This document shows positions 50,631 through 61,312 of a stretch of DNA of 64,000 bases, piece after piece. Positions within the stretch are counted from its first letter, which is position 1, and every line of letters starts with the position of its first letter. The notes beneath the pieces were generated by a model, which ran no database searches, had not been told where the DNA came from, and saw only the letters and a program-made list of their open reading frames with translations. The translations under genes were made by a program, and so were the position numbers. Origin of the DNA: an uncultured Planctomycetota bacterium (GTDB lineage: Bacteria > Planctomycetota > Planctomycetia > Isosphaerales > Isosphaeraceae); assembly GCA_963737655.1 (NCBI GenBank), contig CAVTTN010000002.1, positions 3,328,001 through 3,392,000 of the forward strand, given 5' to 3'.

Positions 50631-53102
50631 TCACTTGGTCGGCGCTCCGAGCTCGCGGAGCAGCGTCTCCGGCTCCTCGCGGTCCTCGGGATCGGCGGCG
50701 AGCTTGAGGGCCTCCGTCGCATCGGCGATCGCCGCCTTGCGGTCGCCCCGGGCCTTGTGGACCCTGGCCCGCAGGAGATGGCAGCCATACGGCCAGCCCG
50801 CGTCTTCGGGAGAAAGACGGACGGCCGAATCGGCATCCTTCAGGGCCGATTGGAGATCGTTCCCGTCGAGGGAAAGCTCCGCCCGGCTGTAGAAGGGCTG
50901 GGCGGCTGCCATCTTGAGGCCGACGTATCCGTTGAACTCGCCGAAGCTGGTCTTCACCGGCTGGATCGACGCGACGGGGACCGGTCCTCCCGGCCTTGTG
51001 AGGCTCCCGAGGTGCTCGATCGCCCGTCCGTAATCGGCCAGGGCCCGGGGCCGGTCCTTCCGGCTCTCGAACGCCTTGGCCCGGATGGAATAGCCGAGCG
51101 GGTCGACCGGGTCGAGCCGGATGGCCTCGGTGGCATCGGCGATCGCGCCGGCCCAGTCCTCCGCATTCACCCGGACAGAGGCTCGTGAGAGGAAAACTTG
51201 AGGGTCTCCCGGCCGAAGCTGGACGGCCCGGTTCAGTGAGGCCAGGGCTTCGGCGAGGTTTTCGGTGTCGTTCAGCATGAGGCCCCGAACCATGTGCGCA
51301 TGGCCCGATTCGGGATGCCTGGCGACCAGGTCGTCGACCATCTTGCGACGAGCCTTCGGCTCGTCGGGCCTGAGCGAGCGCTCCATCAGCATGAGTTCGC
51401 CCAGGATCAGTTGCGGATCGGCAAGGATGGCCTTCTTCAGCTCGCGTTCGCCTTCCTCGATTCGTCCCACTCGTGTGAGGAGGTAGGCCCGGAACATCGC
51501 CGCAAGGCCATTTTGAGGCTTGAGCTTGAGGGCCTGTTCCATGTCGGCAATGGCCTCTCGGTCCTGGCCCTTCTGCATAAAGGCATTGCCCCGATTGAAG
51601 TAGGAGGCAAAGGCCAGGTCCCCGCCGGCCAGGATCGCGGCCGTGAAATCCTCGATCGCCCGGTCGTATTCGCCTCGGGCGGTGTACGTCTTGCCCCTCG
51701 CCTCGCGGGTCGTCGCGCGGTCAGGTGCGATGCGAAGGGCTTCGTTGAAGTCGGCGAGGGCCGCGTCGTAGTCCCGGAGGGCCGAGTAGCTCTTTCCGCG
51801 GTCTTCCAGGGCCCGGGCGCGGTCGGGGAACCCGGCGGCGAGGCACTCGCCGAACTGTTCGACGGCGCGCCGATGGTCGTTCAACCTCGCCAGCCAGTAG
51901 CCACGGCCCTGGAACAGGAAAGGGGAGCGGGAACCGAGCCGCTCCGCCTCGTCGAACGCCGAGAGGGCCGAGCGGAAGTCCTGCTTTGCGAGCAAGACCG
52001 CCCCCCGGCCAAGGTAGCCATCGGGCCGTTCCGGCTGGCAACGGATCGCCCGATCGAAGGTGGAGAGGGCGACGTCCCATCGTTTGGCATCGCGGAGGAT
52101 CTCTCCGAGGATCATGAGGTTCATGAACTCTTCGGGGTCGAGCCGGACAGCCTCCTCCGCATCGGGGATCGCCTCGTCTCGTCGTTTCGCCATCAACTTC
52201 GCCCACGCCCTCCGGCTGAGGGCCCAGGCCCTCGACTTGTCATTCTTGGCCAGCTCCAGCAACGAATCGAGACGAGCGATCGCGTCGTCGAATCGTTTCT
52301 GCCCGATTGCCTCGTCGGCCTCATACGCGAGGCGATTCGCCTGATCCTCCAACGAGGGAACGGAGGCCCGGACAAGGCCCTTCAGCCCGGGGGGCTGGAG
52401 TTCGGCCATCGACAGGGGCCTCGGGAAATTCGGGGCCAAGTCGTCTCGGGGGCCTCGCGTCCTGGGCCCTTCCACGATCTCGTAGATGGCCTTCGTGCTG
52501 TTGGGCGTCCCGCCCTCGACCAGGCGGACCTGCGCCTGCTCGTACCCCTTCTCCTCGTACATCCTCTGGATCGAGCTGGCGGCCAGGATCGACCTGACGT
52601 AGTCGGCCCTCGCGTCCTTCTTGACGCCGGTGGTCTGTTCCACGTCCTTGATCTTGAGCCTGGTCATCCCTCGGAACTCGACCTGGCGGAGGATCGGGGC
52701 CTCGGTCAGGGCGAAGATCAGGATCACCCCGGGGCGGTCCGGGTCCTTCTTCGTGGATGGCCGGATGTCCGAGAACCAGCCGGTCTTGACGAGGCTCTGG
52801 ACATCGGAATCGACGGTCGGGCCGTCCATTTCGCGGCCCTTGCGGGACTTCAGCTTCGAGAGGACGTCCTTCTCCTCGATCGTGGTAAGCCCTTCGAGAA
52901 CGATCCGGGTGATGGTCCCGGTCGCGGCCAGGGCCTCCGGCGCCTGGACGGCCGTCGGCGCCACCTGGACCTCGGCGGCCTGACCGACGGAGGGGACGAC
53001 GCGATCTTGCCCTCGGGCGTCCGCCCACATCGTCGAGGCCAGGACGATCGACAGGGCCGAGGCCCGGCAGAGAGGAACCACTCGTCGGCGGCATCCGGCC
53101 AT
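50631..53102 (-). CDS. Exported protein with two POTRA domains and a long TPR array
   Basis: Signal peptide; ITRIVLEG...DVQSLVKTGWFSD...EAPILRQVEFRG...IQRMYEEKGY...YEIVEGP; many TPRs (ALADFNEALRIAP, AIEDFTAAI). Confidence 0.82.
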   Translation of the reverse strand: MAGCRRRVVPLCRASALSIVLASTMWADARGQDRVVPSVGQAAEVQVAPTAVQAPEALAATGTITRIVLEGLTTIEEKDVLSKLKSRKGREMDGPTVDSDVQSLVKTGWFSDIRPSTKKDPDRPGVILIFALTEAPILRQVEFRGMTRLKIKDVEQTTGVKKDARADYVRSILAASSIQRMYEEKGYEQAQVRLVEGGTPNSTKAIYEIVEGPRTRGPRDDLAPNFPRPLSMAELQPPGLKGLVRASVPSLEDQANRLAYEADEAIGQKRFDDAIARLDSLLELAKNDKSRAWALSRRAWAKLMAKRRDEAIPDAEEAVRLDPEEFMNLMILGEILRDAKRWDVALSTFDRAIRCQPERPDGYLGRGAVLLAKQDFRSALSAFDEAERLGSRSPFLFQGRGYWLARLNDHRRAVEQFGECLAAGFPDRARALEDRGKSYSALRDYDAALADFNEALRIAPDRATTREARGKTYTARGEYDRAIEDFTAAILAGGDLAFASYFNRGNAFMQKGQDREAIADMEQALKLKPQNGLAAMFRAYLLTRVGRIEEGERELKKAILADPQLILGELMLMERSLRPDEPKARRKMVDDLVARHPESGHAHMVRGLMLNDTENLAEALASLNRAVQLRPGDPQVFLSRASVRVNAEDWAGAIADATEAIRLDPVDPLGYSIRAKAFESRKDRPRALADYGRAIEHLGSLTRPGGPVPVASIQPVKTSFGEFNGYVGLKMAAAQPFYSRAELSLDGNDLQSALKDADSAVRLSPEDAGWPYGCHLLRARVHKARGDRKAAIADATEALKLAADPEDREEPETLLRELGAPTK

Positions 53103-53186
53103 CGTCGCGCCTCCGGCTCGAATCAGGATTTTCGACGGATCGAGGTATACCTATCTCGCATGGACCCGATTTCGTCAACGTCAACG

Positions 53187-54035
53187 TCAACCGACGGTCG
53201 GCCTCCGCCCCGCCAGGTTCACTCCGTTGCCCTGGCCTTCGTGGTAGAAGACCTGCCCTTGCGAGACATCGGTCACGTCGATCAGGCCCGCTTCGACGAA
53301 CCATCCGGCGACTTCTTCCCGAGTGTGCCGGCTGAGATATTTGGGGGCGTACCAGTCCAGGGTGTCGCAGACGCGGACCTCGGGATCGGGGTGCATCGAG
53401 ACGCCGATGGTCAGCAGGTTCAGGGCGACTCCCAGTCGCGCCACCAGCCGGTTCTTGCTCAGGATCAGCCTTCGCTTGATCCCGCCGATCGGGGCCGTCA
53501 GGCGGCTCAGGGCCATCAGGACACTCAGGGGGAGCCGGGTCGAGACGGCCCGGTGGGCGTTCATGATCGCTTCGAGGGCGGGCCGTTCCTTCGGGTAGAG
53601 CCAGACGACGATCCGCCCTCCCGGCTTCAGCAATCGGACCAGGCCGAGGAACGCCCGGCGGGGGTCGGGCGTGTGGTCGAGCACCCCGAGCGAGTAGATG
53701 TGATCGAAGGAACCGGCGGCGAACGGCAGGCGGAGCAGGTCTCCCTGGACGATTCCCACCCCGGGGAACTCGGCGGTGAGGTCTCGCGCGGCGACCACGG
53801 CCTTGCTCAGGTCCAGGCCGACGACCTTCGCGCCTCCCTCGGCCGCGACCCGCAGGTATCGGCCCATCCCGCATCCGGCGTCGAGCACGACCGACCCGGC
53901 GAGTTCCTCGGGGGCGAGCCCGGTCCGGTTTCGGAAGGTGGCGCGGTCTTCCTCGGGGCGGAGGATGCGGAACTTGTTCCACTGGAGCGAGTAGGCGGAG
54001 ATGGTCCGGGCCTGATTGGTCGTTTGGGCGTTCAC
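53187..54035 (-). CDS. Class I SAM-dependent methyltransferase
   Basis: VLDAGCGMGR, GLDLS, FDHIYSLGVLDH, LKPGG; GTGA overlap with the tsaB stop. Confidence 0.9.
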   Translation of the reverse strand: MNAQTTNQARTISAYSLQWNKFRILRPEEDRATFRNRTGLAPEELAGSVVLDAGCGMGRYLRVAAEGGAKVVGLDLSKAVVAARDLTAEFPGVGIVQGDLLRLPFAAGSFDHIYSLGVLDHTPDPRRAFLGLVRLLKPGGRIVVWLYPKERPALEAIMNAHRAVSTRLPLSVLMALSRLTAPIGGIKRRLILSKNRLVARLGVALNLLTIGVSMHPDPEVRVCDTLDWYAPKYLSRHTREEVAGWFVEAGLIDVTDVSQGQVFYHEGQGNGVNLAGRRPTVG

Positions 54036-54691
54036 CGGCGGGCCTCCCACTGGTCCTCGGCGGCGCTCCGGCGGAGGTAGACCGGCTCCAGGGTCCAGAC
54101 CTCGGCGAACTGGCCGGCTCGGGCGGCTTCGAGGGCGAGTTCCAGCAAGGGCCGAGGCGAGGGGAGGTCGATGGCCGGGTCGGCGGCCCGGATTTTCGAC
54201 GCCCCGGGGCCGATCAGGGTCGTCGAGGGATCGAGACGGGCGACGAGATCGGTCGCGGCCTCGATCCGGGTCGGGCCGAGGCGGACGGGCGGGGCCTGGG
54301 GGGATTCTCGGAGGAATTCGGCGACGTGGAGGTCGCCCCTCTGGGCGTCGGAGGCCACGACGAGCCGGAGAGGGCCGGTCGGGGCCCCTCGGGCGACGAT
54401 GTCGAGGCTGTCCAGGCCGATCACGGGCCGGTTCAGGGCGTAGGCGAGGACCTTCGCGGCCGTGACGCCCACCCGCAGCCCGGTGTACGACCCGGGGCCG
54501 AGGCCAACGGCCAGGTACTCCAGGTCGCCCGGGCGCATCTCGGCGTCTTTCAACAGGTTGTGAATCGTGGGCAGGAGCGATCGGCCGAGCCGGGTGGCCG
54601 GGTCGGTCACGGCGAGAAACGAGGCGCCGTCGGTCCTATGAAGGGCGAGGGCCGCGACGGGGGTCGAGGTGTCGAGGGCCAGGAGGTTCAT
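54032..54691 (-). CDS. tsaB: tRNA threonylcarbamoyladenosine biosynthesis protein TsaB
   Basis: LALDTST, GPGSYTGLRVG, DAQRG, LEPVYLR. Confidence 0.93.
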   Translation of the reverse strand: MNLLALDTSTPVAALALHRTDGASFLAVTDPATRLGRSLLPTIHNLLKDAEMRPGDLEYLAVGLGPGSYTGLRVGVTAAKVLAYALNRPVIGLDSLDIVARGAPTGPLRLVVASDAQRGDLHVAEFLRESPQAPPVRLGPTRIEAATDLVARLDPSTTLIGPGASKIRAADPAIDLPSPRPLLELALEAARAGQFAEVWTLEPVYLRRSAAEDQWEARR

Positions 54692-54846
54692 CGGGCGGCT
54701 CCGGCCGGATAACCCGGCGAGGGACGTCCCGAGGCGCTGGCTTGGCCTTGACCCTTTCGGCAGACTGGAATTAGAGTAAAGGTCTGAATTCCCGGCTGCC
54801 GTCGGCCTCGATCCGCGCCCCGCCCTTTCGTTCGGAGGTCCCCCCG

Positions 54847-55671
54847 GTGCGTCGCGCGTTGATTAGCGATATCCACGGGAACCTCGAGGCGCTGGAAGTC
54901 GTCCTGGACGACATCAAGAAGCAGGGGATCACCGAGATTTACTGCCTGGGGGACATCATCGGCTACGGGCCGAACCCCCGGGAATGCATCGATTTGGTGA
55001 TGGAGCATTGCAGCGTCTCCCTGCTGGGCAATCACGATCAGGGGGCCCTGTTCGACCCCGACGGGTTCAACATCGGCGCCGAACGCGCCATCTTCTGGAC
55101 CCGCGAGCAGCTGGAGAGCGCCCACGACCGGGCCAACAACGAGAAGCGGTGGGAGTTCCTCGGCGAATTGCCCCGGACCCATCGGCTCAACGCCTTCCTG
55201 TTCGTCCACGGGTCGCCGCGAAACCCCCTGAGCGAGTATATCTTCCCCGAGGACATCTACAACCAGAGGAAGATGGAGCGGCTGTTCCAGCTCGTCGAGA
55301 AATACTGCTTCCAGGGGCATACGCACGTCCCGGGGGTGTTCACCGAGGGGTATCAGTTCTTCCCGCCCGAGGAGATCGACCACGAGTATACCCTGGGCGA
55401 CGGCAAGGTCATGATCAACGTCGGGTCGGTGGGCCAGCCCCGGGACGGCGACCCTCGGGCCTGCTACGTGATCCTCGACGACGGCAAGTCCCGCGAGTCG
55501 TTCGACACGATCGTGGCCGACTCCAGCGCGTCCGATCTCGGTCGGCCGAGCGGCCCGGTCCGGGTCACGTTCCGTCGCCTGCCGTATGACCTGGAATCGA
55601 CGATCAAGAAGATCTACGCCATCCCCGAGCTCGAACCCTTCCTCGGCGACCGCCTCCGCCAGGGCCGCTGA
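54847..55671 (+). CDS. Metallophosphoesterase
   Basis: [39 protein letters not shown]. Confidence 0.93.
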   Translation: MRRALISDIHGNLEALEVVLDDIKKQGITEIYCLGDIIGYGPNPRECIDLVMEHCSVSLLGNHDQGALFDPDGFNIGAERAIFWTREQLESAHDRANNEKRWEFLGELPRTHRLNAFLFVHGSPRNPLSEYIFPEDIYNQRKMERLFQLVEKYCFQGHTHVPGVFTEGYQFFPPEEIDHEYTLGDGKVMINVGSVGQPRDGDPRACYVILDDGKSRESFDTIVADSSASDLGRPSGPVRVTFRRLPYDLESTIKKIYAIPELEPFLGDRLRQGR

Positions 55672-55716
55672 TCGCGCCGGCCTCGGCCCCCCTCCCTCCC
55701 CGAGATCCCCTCTTCG

Positions 55717-57899
55717 ATGAGCACCGAGAAGCGAACCGTCCTGCTGATCGCCCTGTGTTTCGCCTGGTTCTGGGCGCGAGCTACCTGATGGGCAAGCTCG
55801 GCTGGCTCCAGAAGCCCGCCGCGAAGCCGCCGGCCATCGAGGCGGAGGCCGAGCCCGGTCAAGCCGAGACGAAGAACGGGGAGCCCGGGACCGAGAAGGC
55901 CGAGGCCGCCGCCCCGGAACCGGCTGCACCCGAGGCCGGGAAGACCCCGCCCGGGCCCGTCGCCGTCGAGGACAAGGAGCTCGTCCTCGGCTCGCTCGAC
56001 AAGGACTCCGGCTACAACCTTCGCACCAGTCTCTCCCAGGCCGGCGCGGGCGTCGCCTCGATCGAGCTCGGCGCCCACCAGGCCGAACGCAAGGACGGCC
56101 AGAAGACGCGCGAACCCCTCCAGATCATCCAGCCCGACCCGTTCGTTCCCCCGTCCTTCTCGCTCGACCTGATCTCCGTGACCGAGGTCTCCTCCCGCAA
56201 GGAATACAAGCCGGCGGCCGGGCTCGATACCCGGCTCTGGGAGGTCGTCCGCGACGCCCAGGGCCGGATCGTCCGCCCGGTTCTGAACGCCGACGGGAAG
56301 GAGAACGGCCAGGAGGTCGTCTTCCGGGCGACCGTCGATGAGCCCCCTCTGACGATCACCAAGACCTTCCGCCTGGACAAGGGGGCCGACGGCCTGAAGC
56401 TCGGCCTCGGCTTCGCCAGTCCCGGCGCCGAGAGGAAGGTCGTCTACACGCTCAACGGGCCCCACGGCCTGCCGATCGAGGGGGAATGGTACACGAGCGT
56501 CTTCCGAGAAGTCTTCATCGGCCAGGTCAGCGGGAATTCCACGACGCTCGCCACCCGTCTGGCCAACGACATCGTCAAGAAGGCGAACGACCCGGAACGG
56601 TTCCTCACGCTCCCCCTGAAATTCGCGGGGGTCGAGAACCAGTACTTTGCCGTCTTCTTCGAGCCCGATCCGATCGCCTCGACCGAGGAAGCCCGCGTCG
56701 ACGAGGAGACCGTGCCGACGGTCGTGGCGACCCACGCGGTCGATAAGCAGAAGTCGGACGTCTCGGTGGCGATGACCTCCCGGCCGGTCGAGGTCGGCCC
56801 GAATCATCCGGCGGAGCAGGCGTTCAAGATCTTCGCCGGACCGAAGACCGACGAGGCGCTCAAGCCCTATGGGGCCGAGGACCTGGCCACCTATCGCAAG
56901 TCCTGGTGGACGATCCCCGGCGCGGCCATGCTCTCCCGGGGCGTGATCGCCCCCCTGCTCGATCGCATCTACGCGCTCACGGCGAACGTCTCCGCGTGGT
57001 TCGGCGGCAAGCGAGGCAGCTACGGCATCGCCATCATCTTGCTGACGATCACCGTCCGCCTGATGCTCTTCCCGCTGAGCCGCAAGCAGGCGATCTCCGC
57101 CAAGAAGATGCAGGACCTTCAGCCCGCCATCACTGCTCTGAAGGAGAAGTACAAGGACGACAAGGAGAGGTTCGCCAAGGAGCAGTTCGCCCTGTTCAAG
57201 AGGCACGGGGTGAACCCCCTGGGCGGCTGCCTCCTCGGGATCATCCAGTTGCCGATCTTCGTCGGGCTCTGGCAGGCGCTCAATAACAGCGTGGCCCTGC
57301 GGCACGCGCCGTTCCTCTGGATCGACAACCTCGCCGCGCCCGACATGCTGTTCAAGTTCCCGATCGACGTACCGTTCCTGGGCATGTACTTCAACCTCCT
57401 GCCGTTCGCCGTGATGGGGTTGATGCTCATCCAGACGAAGCTCTTTGCCCCGCCCGCCACGACGCCCGACCAGGAAATGACCCAGAAGATGATGAAATAC
57501 ATGATGGTCTTCATGGCCTTCATGTTCTACAAGGTCCCCTCGGGCCTGGGGATCTATTTCATCACGAGCAGCTCCTGGGCGATCTGCGAGCGCCTGCTCC
57601 TGCCGAAGATGATCAAGGCGAAGGCGATCAAGCCCGAGGAAGAAGACCCGGACTTCGGCGGCCCCGGCGGCCCGAAGGCCAAGCCCGCCCCCGACGGCAA
57701 GGGCAACGGCAACGGCAATAACAACGGCAACGGACCCAAGCCCGGCAAGGGCGGCTGGCTCGACCGCTTGAAGGAGAAGGCCGAGCAGATGGCGTCCGAA
57801 GCCTCCAAGGATCGCACGGTCCGCAACGTCCCGGCCGAGAAGGACCGCGATCGCGACCGTGGCAATCGTCCCCGGCCCAAGCCCGGCCGACGTCGCTAA
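55717..57899 (+). CDS. yidC: Membrane protein insertase YidC (frameshift near 55770)
   Basis: MSTEKRTVLLIAL TM1; GVENQYFA, FAGPK, YGIAIILLTITVR, NPLGGCL, QLPIF, FLWIDNLAAPD, PSGLGIYF. Confidence 0.93.
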
Positions 57900-57975
57900 T
57901 CGGCGATCCTGAATGGGGTGGGTTCCGTGGTAAGCCCCGGCGGATGTCCCGACGTCCCGGCGGTCGATCCGAACC

Positions 57976-59309
57976 ATGCTCGCGCTCGACCCCACCGACA
58001 CCATCGCCGCCATCGCCAGTCCCCCGGGCCCGTCGGCCCGCGGGATCGTCCGGGTGGGCGGCCCGGATTCGTGGCGGATCGTCGAGGCGATCCTTGAGGC
58101 GAACGGCCCCTGTCAGCGCCCAGCGACCCCCTCTCGCGTCGAGGGTCGGCTCCGGGTGGATGGTCTGAGAAATCGCGTGCCGGGATCGGTCGCGTTCTGG
58201 CCCGGCCCCCGGTCGTTCACCGGTGGCCCGGTGGCCGAGTTTCACCTGGTCGGGTCGGCTCCGATCCTCGAAAGCCTCCTCGCAACGTGTCTCCGCCTCG
58301 GGGCCGGAGGGCCGAGCCCGGGGAGTTCACCCTCCGGGCGTTCCTTTCGGGACGAATCGACCTGACGGGGGCGGAGGCCGTCCTCGGCGTGATCGAGGCG
58401 GCTTCGCCCCGCGCCCTCCAGGCCGCCCTGGAGCAGATGGCCGGCGGGATCGCCGGGCCGATCGGGCGGCTCCGCGAACGATTGCTCGACCTCCTCGCCC
58501 ATGTGGAGGCCGGGCTCGACTTCGTGGACGAGTCGGACGTGGACGAGATCGGCCGATTGGCCCTGGCTCGCGAGCTGGCCGAAGCGTCCGAGGAGGTCCG
58601 GCGCCTCGGCCGATCGCTGTCCTCTCGCGACCGACCCGAGGCCCGGCCCAGGGTCGTCCTGGTCGGCCCTCCGAACGCGGGCAAGAGCCGGCTGTTCAAT
58701 GCCCTGCTCGGCCGGAACGCCGCGATCGTCTCGCCAATTGCAGGCACGACCCGCGACTATCTCTCGGGTCCGTGCGAGTGCGACGGGATGATCGTCGACC
58801 TGATCGACACCGCCGGCATCGAAGACGGCCGATCCGAGATCGAGGCCAGCGCGCAGCGGCTCCGTCAGTGGAAACTGGATGAGGCCGACCTAGCCCTGGT
58901 CTGCTCGGACTCGTCCGACGGCCCCGCGATCGGGGTTTCGACCCGAATCCTCCGGGTCCTCACAAAATCAGACCTCGCCCCGACCCTCGAGGCCGAGGAA
59001 GGCGTGATCGCCACGAGCGCCGAGACCGGCGACGGCCTGGGCGTCCTGCGATCGCGGATCGCGGACGCCCTTCGCGAGGCCCCGGGCGACCCGTCGGCCG
59101 TCCTCGGGACCGCCGCGAGGTGCCGGGATGCCCTGGAACGGGCCGGCGACGCCTTGCAATCGGCCTCGTCCGCCGTGACACTGGGCGGCGATGAACTCGT
59201 CGCGATCGACGTCCGCCGGGCCCTCGACGACCTCGGCCGGGTCGTCGGCGCGGTCGTCACCGAGGACGTCCTCGACCGGATCTTCCGCCGGTTTTGCGTC
59301 GGGAAATGA
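57976..59309 (+). CDS. mnmE: tRNA modification GTPase MnmE (frameshift near 58305)
   Basis: DTIAAIASPPG..RGIVR, PRSFTG; then AEPGEFTLRAFLSGRIDL, GPPNAGKS, GTTRD, DTAG, IFRRFCVGK. Confidence 0.93.
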
Positions 59310-59357
59310 AAGAATGATCCTCAAATTGCGCCACGAGACGCCGGAGCGGCCTTTCCG

Positions 59358-59831
59358 ATGATCCGTCGAACGGCCGGACTCTGGGCGTTGGTCCTCGCCG
59401 GAGTCCTCGTGATCGCCGGATCGCTCTACGACCTCCTCGTCCCCACGGTACCGGGCAATCACCTGGCCTATCTCGGAGTTGCCGAAGGCTCGCTCGACCC
59501 GCGTTTCGCCGAGCTGGACCTGGCGATGCTCCGGTCGATCGGCGGCTGCCTGATGGCCATCGGGATCACCACCCTGGTGCTGGTCTGCGGCCCGATCCGT
59601 CGAGGGGAGACCTGGGCGCGGGTCGCGGTCGTCGTGCTCGTGACGATCTCCGAGGGGAATAATGCCTATCGGATGTATCGTTTCGGCTCGCCCTGGTACG
59701 GGCCGCTCGGCTTCGCGGTCCTGGCCATCGTCGGCGCGGCCCTCGCCGGCCCCGGACCGAGGCCCGGTGGGGGGATGGAGGCCCGGCCAGCCCGGGGGGT
59801 CGCCGACGCGGAAAGCCGCGTTGCGGTGTGA
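59358..59831 (+). CDS. Hypothetical membrane protein
   Basis: Four hydrophobic segments; IRRGETWA. Confidence 0.65.
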   Translation: MIRRTAGLWALVLAGVLVIAGSLYDLLVPTVPGNHLAYLGVAEGSLDPRFAELDLAMLRSIGGCLMAIGITTLVLVCGPIRRGETWARVAVVVLVTISEGNNAYRMYRFGSPWYGPLGFAVLAIVGAALAGPGPRPGGGMEARPARGVADAESRVAV

Positions 59832-59938
59832 TCGCAGGGTCGGGGCCGCGTCCTCCGAGGTTGTTCGAGGGGATCGAGTGTTTCCCGTTCGAATCGGCGA
59901 CGACCTCGGCTCCAGATGGTCTGTGGGGGAAATCGGCC

Positions 59939-60894
59939 ATGGCGCGGGTCATCGTGCTCGGATCGAGCGGTTTTGACCTGACGATCCGCTTGCCCCGACT
60001 GCCTCAACCGGGCGAGACCTTGCTCGGCGGGACCCTGCACACCGGGCCTGGCGGCAAGGGGGCGAATTCGGCGGTGGCGGCGCGTCGGGCCGGGGCGGAG
60101 GTCGTGTTCCTCTCGGCGTTCGGCGACGACGATTTCGGCCGGCAGGTCTACGACAACGCCCGTCGCGAGGGGCTGGACCTCGGCCACTCGCGGACGTTCG
60201 CCAACGCGGCCAATCAGGTGGCCTTGATCTTCGTCGGCCAGGACGGCCGCAACCTGATCGGCGTGGCGCCCGGGGCCAGCGGCTCGCTCTCTCCCGAGGA
60301 CATCGACCGCCTCCCCGAATTCGTGTTCGAGCCGTCCGCGGTCTTCCTCGCGAGCCTGGAAGTCCCCCTGGAGACCGTCGCCCGCGGCCTGGAGCGGGCT
60401 TCCCGGGCCGGGATGACCACGATCCTCAACCCCGCGCCCGCCGATCGCCGATTGCTTCAGGCCGACATCCTCCGATATGTATCGATCCTCACGCCAAACC
60501 AGGAGGAGGCCCGAGGGCTGACCGGACTCCCGGCCGATTGGCTGACCGAGGCGGAGGAGGCGGCGAACGCCCTGATCGGCCTCGGGGCGAACGACGTGGT
60601 GTTGACTTTGGGCGAATCGGGCTGCCTGGTGGTCGCGGGAGGTCGGTCGGCCCACGTTCCGGCGGTCCCGGTGGACGTGGTGGACACCGTCGGCGCCGGC
60701 GACGCCTTCAACGGGGCGCTCGCCGTGGCCCTGGCCGAGGGGAAATCGCTCCTCGACGCCGCCCGATGGGCCTGCGCCGCCGGCGCCTTCGCCGTGACCC
60801 GGCCCGGCGCCCAGGGGCGCTGCCCACCCGCGAAGAGATCGGGCGGCTCGCCACGATTCCCGCCGTGGAGGATCGAGATGAATCGTCCTCTTGA
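59939..60894 (+). CDS. rbsK: Ribokinase (one G missing near 60817 makes it appear fused to the next ORF)
   Basis: GGKGANSAVAA, GDDDFG, ILNPAPA, PNQEE, TLG..G, DTVGAGDAFNG; canonical GAQ-GALPTREEI end in the alternate frame, stop at 60894. Confidence 0.88.
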
Positions 60895-61216
60895 AACGTC
60901 CGAATCGATGGAGTTCCCCGGCCCCGGCCCTCCCGTGGCGAGGAGCGCCTTCGTTGCGGCGGGACTTTTCGCCTCGGTGGCGGTCCTGGCGGCGAAGGCG
61001 ATCGCGACATGGCTGGACCCGTGGTCCGATCATGCCCATGCCCCCGCGAGGCTCCTGGGTCGGGACATCGGCGGCAGACTGGGATTGCTCCTTTACGGTT
61101 ACTTCGTGGCCGGGGTGGCCGGCCTGATCGCCCGGCGAGACTGGCGGCGGCGGCCGTCAATCTGGGCGGTGGTCGTCCTGTCGATCCTGGCCGTGTATCA
61201 TGCGTTTTTGCCTTGA
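60878..61216 (+). CDS. Small hypothetical membrane protein
   Basis: GGAGG RBS, ATG at 60878, three hydrophobic segments. Confidence 0.55.
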   Translation: MNRPLETSESMEFPGPGPPVARSAFVAAGLFASVAVLAAKAIATWLDPWSDHAHAPARLLGRDIGGRLGLLLYGYFVAGVAGLIARRDWRRRPSIWAVVVLSILAVYHAFLP

Positions 61217-61312
61217 ACGGTCGCGATCGCCGACCCGGGCCGCTCGGGCCGGGCCCGTCGCGACCAGCGCCCGCTCGGCGGACGGCTCGCCGGGCCCTGA
61301 CGATGGGGAGCG

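Noticed and set aside
53173..53190. (CGTCAA)x3 tandem repeat, TTGACG x3 on the minus strand
   Set aside because: Short microsatellite overlapping a stop codon; no correctly spaced -10 element found.
57700..57735. GGCAAC-type repeats at the end of yidC
   Set aside because: In-frame Gly/Asn low-complexity linker in the C-terminal tail.
59828..61216. Apparent ribokinase-membrane domain fusion (462 aa)
   Set aside because: One missing G near 60817 explains it; the normal LPTREEI ribokinase end is in the other frame and the membrane ORF has its own RBS and ATG.
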